DNA of 64,000 bases from Marispirochaeta sp. (GCA_963676835.2 CAXXFF010000001.1:512001-576000); one strand, 5' to 3'; positions 51,578 to 62,226 are shown, numbered from the stretch's first letter. Program-made: numbers and translations. Notes: generated by a model not told the origin, from the letters alone.

Positions 51578-51899
51578 CTTCCTTAATCGCGTCATTCCTC
51601 TCTTGCATTACCGGGAAGGGGATTACATGAATCTCTTTATTCTCAGATTCCCAGAGATCCAGTTTCGCCTGCATCCCCAACCAGCTTTCGGGGCTGGTAT
51701 TTGTTGCCTTTGATATTCGAACTGCCATATCAGGACTTAATGCTATCTTCTCACCAAGGAGTTCAGATAAGTTCTTTCTCGACACTCCCAAATCTTTTGC
51801 GGCTTCTGTTATGGTCAAACCAAGAGGCTTTAATACCTCTTCCTTAAGTAAATATCCGGGATGGGTTGGTTTTCTTCTGCTATTCATGGGTCCCCTCAC
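51573..51899 (-). CDS. higA: HigA-family antitoxin (HTH)
   Basis: PTHPGYLLKEE, LGLTITEAAKDLGVSR, SPDMAVRI, PESWLGMQAKLDLW. Confidence 0.92.
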   Translation of the reverse strand: MRGPMNSRRKPTHPGYLLKEEVLKPLGLTITEAAKDLGVSRKNLSELLGEKIALSPDMAVRISKATNTSPESWLGMQAKLDLWESENKEIHVIPFPVMQERNDAIKEG

Positions 51900-52178
51900 C
51901 TAATGATAATCCCTGTAATCAACGACATATGCATCACCTTTTTCAAAATAGAAAGTGACTCTCCAGTTTCCATTAACCACAACCGACCAGATATCCTTTT
52001 CTTTTCCTGAAAGCTGGTGAAGTCTGAATCCCGGAAGATTCATGTCTTCTACTCTGATTGATGCATCCAATCTATCTAAAATTCTTCCAATCTTTGAAGC
52101 TTGTTCAGGAATGATGCCTTTCTTTGTACCGGTTACAAAATACTGCTCCAAGCCTTTATGTTTGAAAGATTTTATCAT
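51900..52178 (-). CDS. higB: HigB-family toxin
   Basis: MIKSFKHKGL, PGFRLHQLSG, VNGNWRVTF, DYRDYH; toxin-first gene order. Confidence 0.92.
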   Translation of the reverse strand: MIKSFKHKGLEQYFVTGTKKGIIPEQASKIGRILDRLDASIRVEDMNLPGFRLHQLSGKEKDIWSVVVNGNWRVTFYFEKGDAYVVDYRDYH

Positions 52179-52184
52179 TCAAAT

Positions 52185-52214
52185 ACTGTAACCCGGCAGG
52201 TTACACACTGTCAA
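52185..52214 (-). promoter_or_regulatory. higBA promoter with overlapping palindromic operator
   Basis: TTGACA-N18-TACAGT-N6-ATG; TGTAACC-N5-GGTTACA at 52187-52205. Confidence 0.7.
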
Positions 52215-52308
52215 TGAAAAAGAAATACCCCTTAATCTATCATCCAAAGCAGTAAGCCCCTCATTAAGCAGCAAAGTACCATGTACAGCACTTCCCCCCG
52301 CACAAGTT

Positions 52309-52334
52309 ATTTACTGACTTTCCCCGAACTTTTC
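52309..52334 (+). repeat. Island boundary direct repeat, right copy (overlaps putative secA -35)
   Basis: Identical to 42757-42782; CTGACT(52314)-N17-TATAGT(52337) precedes secA. Confidence 0.95.
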
Positions 52335-52370
52335 TGTATAGTAGACGGAACAACAGGAGGATCCTGATAC

Positions 52371-55097
52371 ATGTTTCAAAAAATACTGACAAAATTATTC
52401 GGTTCCCAGCACGAACGGGACCTCAAGCAGCTCCTTCCCCTGCTGCATACTATCAACGGGAAAGAACAGTGGGCCATGGGACTCTCCAACGAGGACTTTC
52501 CCCGGCAGACCGAAGAGTTTAAGCAGCGTATCAAGGACGGCGAAAGTCTGGATGATATTCTGCCTGAGGCCTTCGCCCTGGCACGGGAAGCCGCCCGCAG
52601 GGTTCTGGGCGAGCGTCACTACGATGTGCAGCTTTTAGGCGGAATTGTCCTTCATCAGGGCAAGATTATGGAGATGAAAACGGGAGAAGGAAAAACCCTC
52701 TCGTCCGTTACCGCCGCCTACCTCAACTCCCTCACCGGTCGGGGGGTGCATGTTATTACCGTCAACGACTACCTGGCCGAACGTGATGCCAACTGGATGC
52801 GCCCGGTTTACGACCTTCTGGGAATCTCCGTCGGATCAATCCTTGCCAATATGGATCCCCAGGCCCGGAAAGAGGCCTACAAACAGGATATTACCTATGG
52901 AACCAATAACGAGTTCGGTTTCGACTACCTTCGGGATAACATGTCCCTGGAAATGGAGTCCCGGGTTCAGCGGGAGCATCATTACTGTATAATTGATGAA
53001 ATTGACTCCATTCTTATCGATGAAGCCCGGACTCCCCTGATTATTTCCGGCCAGGCAGAAGACGATACAAAGAAATTTACCGATGTAAACCGCCTGGTTT
53101 CCCGCCTCAGGGAGTGCGACAAGGACCCTGAAACCGGGGAATATCCGGAAGAGCCGGAAGGCGACTACAAGGTGGAGGAAAAGTCAAAACGCATCTCCTT
53201 TACCGATGAGGGAATGAACAGCGCAGAGAAGCTGCTTCTGCAGAATAATCTTATCTCCGGTTCTGTCTTTAATGAGGAAAACTTCGAGTACATCCACTAC
53301 CTTACCCAGGCCCTGAAGGCCCATAAACTCTTCAAGATTGATACTGACTATGTAATCCAGGACGGCCAGGTTCAGATTGTCGACGAGTTCACCGGCCGTA
53401 TCCTTCACGGCCGCCGCTATTCCGACGGACTTCACCAGGCAATTGAAGCTAAAGAGAACATAAAGGTAGCCCGGAGGAATAAAACCCTGGCAACCATTAC
53501 CTTCCAGAACTTCTTCCGTATGTACGACAAAATCTCCGGTATGACCGGTACCGCAGACACGGAAGCAAAGGAGTTCGGCAAGATTTATGAACTTGAAGTT
53601 GTGGTTATTCCCACCAACAGACCGGTGGCGCGTAACGATCAGGACGATATTATCTTCTTTAACGAAACCTTCAAGTTCAACGCCATCTGTGATGAAATTG
53701 AGCGGGTAAACAAGAAAGGTCAGCCCATTCTTGTGGGAACCGTCTCCATCGACAAGTCGGAACGGCTTTCTGCTCAGCTCGCCAAGCGCGGCATCCGCCA
53801 CGAGGTTCTGAACGCCAAGAACCACCACCGGGAAGCCATGATTATCTCCGAGGCCGGAGCAAAGGGCTCGGTAACTATTGCCACCAATATGGCCGGCCGC
53901 GGTACGGATATTAAACTCGGGGGCAACCCCGAATTCCGGGCCCGCAAAGAGGCGGGAACAGAGGCTTCGCCCGAGAAGTATGCGGAAGTGTACAAACGGG
54001 TCTACGCAAAAACCCGCAAAGACTATGAAGAGGTTAAATCCCTCGGGGGGCTCTATATTCTCGGAACTGAACGGCATGAATCCCGGCGGATCGATAATCA
54101 GCTGCGGGGCCGTGCGGGACGTCAGGGAGACCCCGGAGTAAGCCGCTTCTTTATCTCCCTGGATGACGACCTGATGCGGCTGTTTGCCAACGACAACATG
54201 AAGAACATTATGGGTAAACTGGGAATGGCCTCGGGAGAACCAATCTTCCACCCCTGGCTGAATAAAACCATCGAGCGCGCCCAGACCCGGGTGGAAGACC
54301 GCAACTTCGAAATCCGCAAGCACCTGCTTGAATACGACGATGTACTCAATGAACAGCGTACCTTTATCTACAATCAGCGGAATGAAATTCTCAAAGACAC
54401 AGAGCTGCATAAACGGGTGCTCTCCACCCTGGACGAGATGCTTGAAGATATCCTGGATGACTACAAGGATGACCACACTGAAAGCGGGCTGACGGAACTG
54501 CTGGAAAACCTGAGCGCCACATTCTTCTACAGTCCCTCGGCATCCAGGGAAGAGATTGCAGCCATGGATAACATCGCCCTGCTGGAATACATTCAGGACG
54601 ATTTCAAACGTGATATTGCGGAAAAACAGGAAAAGATCGGCAACGGCAACCTGAACAACATTATCCGCTGGGAATATCTGCGCCTTATCGACGTCAAATG
54701 GCAGGATCACCTGGAAAATCTCGAATCCCTGCGGGAGGCGGTTTACCTCAGAGCCTACGGACAGAAAAACCCGCTTCTGGAGTACAAGCTTGAGGGATTC
54801 AGAATATTCGACACATTGATAGTGGATATCAGAGAAGGAATTGCCCGGAAGATCATTTCTGTAAGAATAGAAAAGGCGGATGGGCCCCGCCGGCCCCAAA
54901 CGGCTTCTGTAACCAACGAAAGCCATCGTCAGCTGGGTCAGTTTTCCGGCGGAGGAGCTGCTCCCGCGCCTCAGCAGCCCAGGGGAGCATCACCAACCGG
55001 AACGGTTACGGTGGAACGGTCTCTACCCAAGGTCGGCAGGAATGATCTCTGCCCCTGCGGCAGCGGTAAAAAATACAAGCACTGCCACGGGACTTGA
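52371..55097 (+). CDS. secA: Preprotein translocase ATPase SecA
   Basis: [41 protein letters not shown]-terminal [13 protein letters not shown]. Confidence 0.99.
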   Translation: MFQKILTKLFGSQHERDLKQLLPLLHTINGKEQWAMGLSNEDFPRQTEEFKQRIKDGESLDDILPEAFALAREAARRVLGERHYDVQLLGGIVLHQGKIMEMKTGEGKTLSSVTAAYLNSLTGRGVHVITVNDYLAERDANWMRPVYDLLGISVGSILANMDPQARKEAYKQDITYGTNNEFGFDYLRDNMSLEMESRVQREHHYCIIDEIDSILIDEARTPLIISGQAEDDTKKFTDVNRLVSRLRECDKDPETGEYPEEPEGDYKVEEKSKRISFTDEGMNSAEKLLLQNNLISGSVFNEENFEYIHYLTQALKAHKLFKIDTDYVIQDGQVQIVDEFTGRILHGRRYSDGLHQAIEAKENIKVARRNKTLATITFQNFFRMYDKISGMTGTADTEAKEFGKIYELEVVVIPTNRPVARNDQDDIIFFNETFKFNAICDEIERVNKKGQPILVGTVSIDKSERLSAQLAKRGIRHEVLNAKNHHREAMIISEAGAKGSVTIATNMAGRGTDIKLGGNPEFRARKEAGTEASPEKYAEVYKRVYAKTRKDYEEVKSLGGLYILGTERHESRRIDNQLRGRAGRQGDPGVSRFFISLDDDLMRLFANDNMKNIMGKLGMASGEPIFHPWLNKTIERAQTRVEDRNFEIRKHLLEYDDVLNEQRTFIYNQRNEILKDTELHKRVLSTLDEMLEDILDDYKDDHTESGLTELLENLSATFFYSPSASREEIAAMDNIALLEYIQDDFKRDIAEKQEKIGNGNLNNIIRWEYLRLIDVKWQDHLENLESLREAVYLRAYGQKNPLLEYKLEGFRIFDTLIVDIREGIARKIISVRIEKADGPRRPQTASVTNESHRQLGQFSGGGAAPAPQQPRGASPTGTVTVERSLPKVGRNDLCPCGSGKKYKHCHGT

Positions 55098-55253
55098 TCA
55101 GACTTCTGTTGTTTGTTCAATGACTGACGAACTTGCAGCTTTTTCAGCTGCAAGTTCATCGGTATAGGCCCGGATAAAGGTGAAAAGGGCCACCAGAGTG
55201 ATAAGGACAATCACCAGCTTTCGCATTCTGCTCTCCTGAGTTTATACTCCACG

Positions 55254-56336
55254 CTAATGTAAAATTGCCAGAGGATCAACGGGTCGGTTATTCTGATAGA
55301 TGGAAAAGTGCAGATGAGATCCGGTACTTCTACCGGTGGATCCCATCAGGCCTATCCGCTGCCCCTGTTTTACCCGCTGGCCTTCCCGTACATTTATGCT
55401 GCTCAAATGGCCGTAGAGGGTCTGATAGCCCCGGCTGTGGCGGATAACAATATATTTACCGTAACCTGCCGGGCGGTTTTCAACATCCACAACAACGCCG
55501 TCCATAGCCGCAATAATTGGTGTTCCGATACTGTTGGCAAGATCAATCCCGTAATGAAAACGGCGTACACCGGTAAAGGGATCAGAGCGGTAACCGTAAC
55601 CAGAAGTAAGGCGGCCGCGGGTTGGATATATAATAAGCGTTCCGGTAGCCTTTTTATACTCATAATCACTTATGGCCGCACCGGGGAGAAAGAGTACATC
55701 CCCGGGCTGAATCAGGGCGCTTTCCAGATTATTCGCATCAAGAATCGCGTTGACCGTAACATCATTGGCAAGAGCAATGCTGCTCAGGTTATCACCGCGG
55801 CGAACCTCATAGCGAATACCGTCATAGGTGGGTATCTTCAGAACTGTCCCGGTGTTAATACGGCGTACATCCTGCACACCGTTAAAATTTATCAGGGTGC
55901 CCACCTCAACATTGTAAGCTGCGGCGATCTCGGAAAGGGTGTCCCCCGGCTGCACGGTATGAACCTTCTCGCCGATGCCGCCGAGGAATGAGGCAACCGG
56001 AGGCATGTCACCTTCAACAGAAACATGATCCGCCGCAGCCGATCCTTCAAGGAAGGAGAGCAGATTTGCCTGAATCTGCTGGTCTGCCGGGAGCAGAAGC
56101 GGCTCATCGTACATGCCCTTGTAACGGGGAAACAGGGAATAGACCCCTGCGGCGATTGAAAGACTCAGACCAATGACAATGGCCAGGCCTGCCAGTTTTT
56201 CCGGTGCTTTAACCAGGGAGCGTAAAAAGTTCATTCCCGCTGAAGCCGCCTTCTCAGCTGAAACTTCAGGCAGAATGAAGTGGTGAGATCCCTGTTTTCT
56301 TTTTCTAATGTCCTGTTGCTGTATAAGTTCAATCAT
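55254..56336 (-). CDS. LysM-LysM-M23 peptidoglycan endopeptidase (housekeeping type)
   Basis: Two LysM (VQPGDTLSEIA, VRRGDNLSSIA); HYGID and STGSHLHF. Confidence 0.9.
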   Translation of the reverse strand: MIELIQQQDIRKRKQGSHHFILPEVSAEKAASAGMNFLRSLVKAPEKLAGLAIVIGLSLSIAAGVYSLFPRYKGMYDEPLLLPADQQIQANLLSFLEGSAAADHVSVEGDMPPVASFLGGIGEKVHTVQPGDTLSEIAAAYNVEVGTLINFNGVQDVRRINTGTVLKIPTYDGIRYEVRRGDNLSSIALANDVTVNAILDANNLESALIQPGDVLFLPGAAISDYEYKKATGTLIIYPTRGRLTSGYGYRSDPFTGVRRFHYGIDLANSIGTPIIAAMDGVVVDVENRPAGYGKYIVIRHSRGYQTLYGHLSSINVREGQRVKQGQRIGLMGSTGRSTGSHLHFSIYQNNRPVDPLAILH

Positions 56337-56419
56337 AAGCTATACTATTCATATCGACATTAACCCGCCGACGTATTACTATAATGATCGGTATAAAAAC
56401 CTGATACCAGATAAATATT

Positions 56420-58270
56420 ATGATAGCAAAGCGCCAGCTCACACGATTTATCATCTTCGTCATCTTTGCCACCATCGCCGTGATGCTCATACTCTGGCGC
56501 TACACGGTTATAATGGTAAGTCCGTCCGATGCGGAAAGCCGAATGGTAGCCGCCGGCGCCGTGGAACGGGGCCCTATTCTGGACAGAAACGGCCGGGTAC
56601 TGGCCATACAGACCCAGCTGGATACGGTGACGGCATGGATGCCCAGTATTGATGATCCTGCCGGAACCTTTAACAGCCTCATATCCGTCCTCGATGTTGA
56701 TCATAACGAGTTGAAATCAAAGTTTGACACTAAAAAAGGCTTTTTTTATGTTAAACGAAAGATTTCCCGTACGGAAAGCAGAGCCATGCAGAGCCTCCTT
56801 GAGAAGGAAGGACTTCCGGGTATAAGCCTTATCCCTGAATACGGCAGAGCTTACCCCGAAAAAGAGCTGGCATCCCATCTTATCGGCTATGCCGGAACCG
56901 ATAATGTCGGACTGCTCGGTATAGAGTACAGTTACGATGATATCCTCTACCCGGAACCCGGAGCAGGGGGAATCCGGTATGGAAACCAGCTTTTCCTCAC
57001 CATAGATATCAACCTGCAGTACATACTTGAGTCCCTGGCCAGGAAATCCTTTGAAGAAAACCTGCCGGAATCGATTACCCTCATTGCGGCGGAAGCCAAA
57101 ACCGGCGATATTCTCGCCTACGTTTCAGTCCCCGATTTCGACCCCAACAACTTCACTGAGTCAACCAGCGTGGAGCGCTTCAACGTTCCCGTGGCGGCAG
57201 CCTATGAACCGGGATCGGTATTCAAGATCTTTTCCATAGCAAGCTTTCTTGAACTCGGGGGAATTACCCCGGAGTCAACCTTTTACTGCGATGGAAGCTA
57301 TGATGTACTGGACCCGCCGATCAACTGTCTCGGAGTGCATGGCTTTGAGTATACCGCAGACATTATAAAAAACTCCTGTAATGTCGGGGCGGCAACGGCC
57401 TCGGAAACGGTAAACAGCGCAGACTTCTACAGCATGATTACCGCCTTCGGTTTCGGAGCAAAGACCGGTGCCCCCTTTCCGGGAGAAACCTACGGAATAC
57501 TCCGCAGTCCCGATAACTGGACAGAACGAACAAAACCCACAATTGCCATGGGTCAGGAGATCTCCGTTTCTGCAATACAGGTTATAGGTGCAGCAACAGC
57601 CTTTGCAAACGGGGGAACTGTGCTGAAACCTCAACTGGTCCGGAAAATAGTCAGTCCCGAGGGAAAGACTATTCAGGAGTTCTCAAGAACCCCCGTCAGA
57701 CAGGTGCTCTCTCCCCAGGTTGCCCGTCAGGTACTGCTGATGATGGAAACAGCCACGGAGCCCACGGGAACAGCCCACAGGGCCGCTGTTGAGGGCTTGC
57801 GCATGTCTGCCAAGACTGGAACAGCCCAGATAAGCGACCCCGCCACAGGCGGCTACTCGGAAGATGATTATGTGGCAAGCTGCATAGCCCTCTTTCCCAC
57901 CCCGGAACCCGAAATAATTGTCTACGCGGTTATTCACAAACCCCAGGGCCCTGAACACTTCGGCGGAAGAATTGCCGCTCCTCTTGTGAAAGAAGCCACC
58001 GAGGAGATTGTCCGGCAGATGGGTATTTCCCTGGAAGGAGACAAGGTAGTTTCCCATCCCGGTCAGGTCACCATCTCAACCCCGTCTCCCCTGAAAGTAG
58101 ATTCCACCATTCCCAATCTCATCGGGCGGTCAAAGCGGGACCTGATGGTTCTCTATCAGATTCCCGATGCGGAGGTGGAGATTCACGGTGAAGGATGGGT
58201 TACTGCCCAGGATCCTCCCGCAGGAACTCCGGTAACTCCGGGTATGCATATCCGGGTGGATCTGGAATAG
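56420..58270 (+). CDS. ftsI: Class B penicillin-binding protein (FtsI-like) with PASTA domain
   Basis: RGPILDRNG, EPGSVFK (SxxK), SCN (SxN), KTGTAQ. Confidence 0.85.
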   Translation: MIAKRQLTRFIIFVIFATIAVMLILWRYTVIMVSPSDAESRMVAAGAVERGPILDRNGRVLAIQTQLDTVTAWMPSIDDPAGTFNSLISVLDVDHNELKSKFDTKKGFFYVKRKISRTESRAMQSLLEKEGLPGISLIPEYGRAYPEKELASHLIGYAGTDNVGLLGIEYSYDDILYPEPGAGGIRYGNQLFLTIDINLQYILESLARKSFEENLPESITLIAAEAKTGDILAYVSVPDFDPNNFTESTSVERFNVPVAAAYEPGSVFKIFSIASFLELGGITPESTFYCDGSYDVLDPPINCLGVHGFEYTADIIKNSCNVGAATASETVNSADFYSMITAFGFGAKTGAPFPGETYGILRSPDNWTERTKPTIAMGQEISVSAIQVIGAATAFANGGTVLKPQLVRKIVSPEGKTIQEFSRTPVRQVLSPQVARQVLLMMETATEPTGTAHRAAVEGLRMSAKTGTAQISDPATGGYSEDDYVASCIALFPTPEPEIIVYAVIHKPQGPEHFGGRIAAPLVKEATEEIVRQMGISLEGDKVVSHPGQVTISTPSPLKVDSTIPNLIGRSKRDLMVLYQIPDAEVEIHGEGWVTAQDPPAGTPVTPGMHIRVDLE

Positions 58271-60076
58271 ATGTATACAAGCAATACGGCAGCGCTGAAA
58301 AAGCTCTGGCCGGCCTTTACCGAAGAGATTGAAGAAGCATACACACCGGACCCCAATGCGGAGGTTGTGACAACTGCTTCCGGACATGCAGGACTTAAAT
58401 ACAGCGGACGCTTCCTGACCTCCTCCAGAGATCCCGAAAAAGACGCACAGCGTCTTATCGATGCAGCCTTTCCCGAGTTTGTGGATATAGCTGTTTTTCT
58501 CCATTTTTCCTGCGGATATGAAATCGAAGCTCTCAAGAAACGATGGCCGGAAACAGCAATAATCGTTCTGGAACCCCTAATTCCCCTGTTTCTTTCCGCC
58601 CTCCATGCAAGGGACCTTTCCAGAATCTTTACACCACCAGGGATAACCCTCATTATGGACAGCTCACCGGAAGTTCTCGGTCAGCTTTTGAATGAACGGC
58701 ATCATGAATCGGTACAGTTCTTTCCTCTGCGGAACATTGCCCGAATACATCCTGAATATCTGGAAAATGTCAGGGAATGGTTCCGCCGCTTTGATTCCCG
58801 CCGGGAAATCAATACCAATACCCTCAAAAGGTTCGGCCGGGTTTGGGTCCGCAATCTTTTCTCCAACCTGCCGGTCATGGCAAAGGCGGGAGCAATAGGC
58901 AACCTTCAGGATGTACTCAAGGGTATCCCTGCCCTTGTTCTTGCCGCAGGCCCCAGTCTGGACTGTCTTATACCTGTAATAAAACAGCTTCAGGAGAGAA
59001 TGGCCATCATCGCCGTAGATACCGCCGCAGGCTGGTGCAGATTACATCAGGTTGAGCCGGATTTTCTCGTAGTCGTGGATCCCCAGTACTGGAATACCCG
59101 GCATCTGAACTATTTCACGTATGACTGCATCCTGGTATCAGAGTCATCAACCTACCCTTCTGTTTTCCGGAATCTTCACTGTACAACCTATTTCAGCTCC
59201 TCCCTCTTTCCTCTTGGCAGGTTTCTTGAATCATACTGCGGCATAGAAGGCAACCTTGGTGCCGGAGGATCGGTCTCCACCACAGCCTGGGACCTTGCCC
59301 GCTTTCTGGGAGCCTCTTCAATTCATGTTGCCGGACTAGATCTCGGCTACCCGCAGCTCAGGACCCATTATGGTGGAAGCCTTTTCGAAGAACTATCACA
59401 TGTCTGGTCAGTACGAAAAAGTCCTGCGGAAACAATGCATTTCAAGGCAGTCAGGGATGGCAGCCCCGTGAAGGCGGACGCAAACGGCGGCGGAGAGGTA
59501 ATAAGCGACCGCCGCCTGAGTCTCTACCGCTGGTGGTTCGAAAACCGCATGAAAGAAGCCCAGTCACCGCCTTCTTATAACCTCTCCGACGGCGGAGTCA
59601 AAATCGAAGGTATGGATCCCCGGAACCCTGAAGAGCTGACAAACCTGCCCAATCTACGAAATCGTATAAATGGTGCATTGAAACCGTACTGGAAAAATCC
59701 GGAAAGCCAGAATGCAACAATGGCTGGAAGTGAACACTCTCTGGTCCAACCCCCACTCGTAAAAGGGCTTGAACTTCTGAAGAAGTCACTGACTGATCTT
59801 TCCTGTGTATGTAAAAACGCCCTGGAAATTCTGGATAAGTACAAAACGGCACCGGAAGTCTGTTTCAAAAAACTTAAGGTCATTGATGAGCAGATTATTA
59901 GAAGTCCGGTGAAAGACATTGCCGGTTTTCTCATTGACAGTCCGGAAAACAGTTCCGAGCAGGATACAGATAATGCTCAAGCTGTTTCAAGAAAACTCTA
60001 TTCGGGTATTCTGCAATCCATCGAATTCCACCTTCAGCACATTGACCGGGCCACAGCAGCTCTTCAAAAAAACTGA
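58271..60076 (+). CDS. Motility-associated factor (MAF_flag10/DUF115) glycosyltransferase-like
   Basis: AAGPSLD, IIAVD, PDFLVVVDP, GGSVSTTA, GLDLGY. Confidence 0.8.
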   Translation: MYTSNTAALKKLWPAFTEEIEEAYTPDPNAEVVTTASGHAGLKYSGRFLTSSRDPEKDAQRLIDAAFPEFVDIAVFLHFSCGYEIEALKKRWPETAIIVLEPLIPLFLSALHARDLSRIFTPPGITLIMDSSPEVLGQLLNERHHESVQFFPLRNIARIHPEYLENVREWFRRFDSRREINTNTLKRFGRVWVRNLFSNLPVMAKAGAIGNLQDVLKGIPALVLAAGPSLDCLIPVIKQLQERMAIIAVDTAAGWCRLHQVEPDFLVVVDPQYWNTRHLNYFTYDCILVSESSTYPSVFRNLHCTTYFSSSLFPLGRFLESYCGIEGNLGAGGSVSTTAWDLARFLGASSIHVAGLDLGYPQLRTHYGGSLFEELSHVWSVRKSPAETMHFKAVRDGSPVKADANGGGEVISDRRLSLYRWWFENRMKEAQSPPSYNLSDGGVKIEGMDPRNPEELTNLPNLRNRINGALKPYWKNPESQNATMAGSEHSLVQPPLVKGLELLKKSLTDLSCVCKNALEILDKYKTAPEVCFKKLKVIDEQIIRSPVKDIAGFLIDSPENSSEQDTDNAQAVSRKLYSGILQSIEFHLQHIDRATAALQKN

Positions 60077-60158
60077 ACAACTCACCATCAAGTCTAAAGT
60101 TTGCCGGCCAATCGTCCGAAATGAAAAATAAGAAGATTATGAACTGCTTCTTATAATT

Positions 60159-60199
60159 AAACGGTATGCTGAATCGACGTCCAGGCATACCGTTTTTTT
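60159..60199 (+). terminator. Intrinsic terminator
   Basis: AAACGGTATGC...GCATACCGTTT followed by a T run. Confidence 0.65.
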
Positions 60200-60432
60200 A
60201 TGCCCAGATGACAAGTCAAAACAGATGAACAAAAACCATTACTGACATTTTCCAGGAACAGTCAAAAAGCAGACAGGACCAATTGTGATCTTCAACAGAT
60301 ATATAGCTCGTATATCTGCATTATTGGATACAATGTTTCATATTTTTTCTTCTTATTACTACTCATAGATACATTTTGTATATTATTTCGATATTTTTTT
60401 AGCTTTTTAACAGGTTTTCGCCAGCACCAGCG

Positions 60433-60462
60433 TTGACATCAATCCTAAAGCTATCCTACTAT
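60433..60462 (+). promoter_or_regulatory. sigma70-type promoter of the TRAP operon
   Basis: TTGACA-N18-TACTAT. Confidence 0.5.
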
Positions 60463-60534
60463 TTTCCTGAAATTTGTCAGACAAATCTTAACGCCGAACT
60501 GCGGTTCGGAGTTAAAACAACGGAGGTTTTACTT

Positions 60535-61560
60535 ATGAAGAAGATTTTGTTTGTCTGTGTTGTCCTGATGCTGGGAGCAGTACTGTTTGCCCAGGGTGGT
60601 TCCGAAGGTAATGGTGCCATTAGCCTGAAGATTCAGCACAATGATCCTCAGCCCGATCTTTCTGCATGGCACCAGGGATTCCTGAGCCTTCAGGAGACAC
60701 TTGAAGCCGAGTATGAAGATCAGGTAAATGTTACCATCTATTCCGGCGGTTCACTTTCCAAGGGAAACTGGAAAACCAGCATGGAGCAGGCTCAGAACAA
60801 CGTCATCCAGATGATGGTTGAGTCCCACGTTCCCTGGGGATCTGTTGTACCCGAAATTTCCGCCCTCAGTACTCCCTTCCTTTTCGACGGAATGGAGCAC
60901 CAGATGAGATTCTTTGACAGCCAGCCTGCAGTACTTCAGGAATGGGTCAAGAAATTCGAGGAAAAAGGGCTGGTATTCGTAGGATGGTGGCCCCGCCCCT
61001 CACGGCAGAACGTCAACAACCAGAAGCAGATTGTTGTACCCGAGGATATCTCCGGGATGAAGTTCAGAAGTATGGGTGTTGATCTTGCCATCAAAACCTG
61101 GGAAGCAATGGGCGCAAAACCCGTACCCATGCCCTCCGGAGAAATTTACACCGCTATCCAGACCGGTACAGTTGCGGGTGAAGACAATGCAATCAGCACA
61201 GTCTACAACTTCAAAACCTTCGAGCCCTGTAAGTACTTCAACAAGTGGGACTACATGGCTGACGGTGCACTTATCGTTGTAAACAAGAGCTGGTGGTACA
61301 ACCTTTCTCCCGAAGTACAGGAGACTATCAAGACTTCCCTTAACGGCAGTGCCCGACAGGTTGTCTACGAGTTCTACCAGAAAATGGAGAAAGAAGCCCG
61401 GACAGCAATGGAAGACTACGGCATCGTATTCACTGATTTTACCTACGACATGAAAAAACCCTGGATTGAAAAGATGGGTCCCGTTTATGACTATGTAAAA
61501 TCACTAACCGGTGAAGAAGGATGGAGTGGTTTCTCTGCTGCAGTAGAGGCTACCCGCTAA
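60535..61560 (+). CDS. dctP: TRAP transporter substrate-binding protein DctP
   Basis: Signal peptide after GGAGG; PFLF, GMKFR, GAKPVPMPSGEIYTAIQTGTV. Confidence 0.9.
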   Translation: MKKILFVCVVLMLGAVLFAQGGSEGNGAISLKIQHNDPQPDLSAWHQGFLSLQETLEAEYEDQVNVTIYSGGSLSKGNWKTSMEQAQNNVIQMMVESHVPWGSVVPEISALSTPFLFDGMEHQMRFFDSQPAVLQEWVKKFEEKGLVFVGWWPRPSRQNVNNQKQIVVPEDISGMKFRSMGVDLAIKTWEAMGAKPVPMPSGEIYTAIQTGTVAGEDNAISTVYNFKTFEPCKYFNKWDYMADGALIVVNKSWWYNLSPEVQETIKTSLNGSARQVVYEFYQKMEKEARTAMEDYGIVFTDFTYDMKKPWIEKMGPVYDYVKSLTGEEGWSGFSAAVEATR

Positions 61561-61699
61561 TAAGCCTTAGAGCTGGATTTTCATACCAGTCGCTTATTAT
61601 AAGGCTGGCATGGTGCAGTAAACAGACTGGGCCGGCCAGCCTTTTTCGGCTTATAAGCTTTTTGACGACTGGTAAAACGAACGGAGGGGAGCTGCGTTT

Positions 61700-62224
61700 A
61701 TGAAGAAATTCTTTAAAATACTGGCGAATCTGGATGAATACATTCAGCCGCTGTTTTTCACAATCCTGCTGGTTGTAATTATCCTGCAGGTATTAGCCCG
61801 GTTTATACACAGTTTAAATTTACCCTGGACCCTTGAAGTGATCACTTTCACCTTCAATGCATCGGTCTGGTTTGCCGTCAGTCTGGGAATAAAAACCTAT
61901 TCCCACGTAGGCATCGATATTCTTCTTACAAAAACTTCAGGAAAAATACTGCGGGGGCTGCTGCTGTTTCAGTATTTCATGTTTATTTTCCTTTTAATTG
62001 CCCTGTTCTGGTCAGGCAGCATGGCCCTGACGGGATATTACAAAATTCATGACATGCCCCAGGTACTGAAAGTACCTCTTTGGATAATGAGGTCTCCCAT
62101 TATTCTGGGATGCATATTCAGCATTTTCAGGGCAGTTGAACAGATAGTTATGCTCTTTCAAAACAAATACGACTATTCACGTTTTAATGAAATGCACATT
62201 AACCTGACAGAGGAGGAAGCATAA
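61700..62224 (+). CDS. dctQ: TRAP transporter small permease DctQ
   Basis: LQVLARF, PWTLE, HVGID, 4 TM. Confidence 0.88.
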   Translation: MKKFFKILANLDEYIQPLFFTILLVVIILQVLARFIHSLNLPWTLEVITFTFNASVWFAVSLGIKTYSHVGIDILLTKTSGKILRGLLLFQYFMFIFLLIALFWSGSMALTGYYKIHDMPQVLKVPLWIMRSPIILGCIFSIFRAVEQIVMLFQNKYDYSRFNEMHINLTEEEA

Positions 62225-62226
62225 AT

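Larger units (their letters stand above)
42757..52334. mobile_element. Genomic island bounded by a 26-bp direct repeat, no integrase
   Basis: Identical ATTTACTGACTTTCCCCGAACTTTTC at both ends; contents are TA pairs, Rpn and duplicated cassettes; AT-rich segments. Confidence 0.8.

Noticed and set aside
53184..54926. 580-aa ORF antisense to secA (likewise 8770-9990, 22388-23527, 40919-42298)
   Set aside because: Shadow frames of well-supported genes on the opposite strand; no recognisable motifs
55254..56336. LysM-M23 gene as part of the island's M23 system
   Set aside because: It lies outside the 26-bp repeats, has canonical housekeeping architecture and shares no arm sequence
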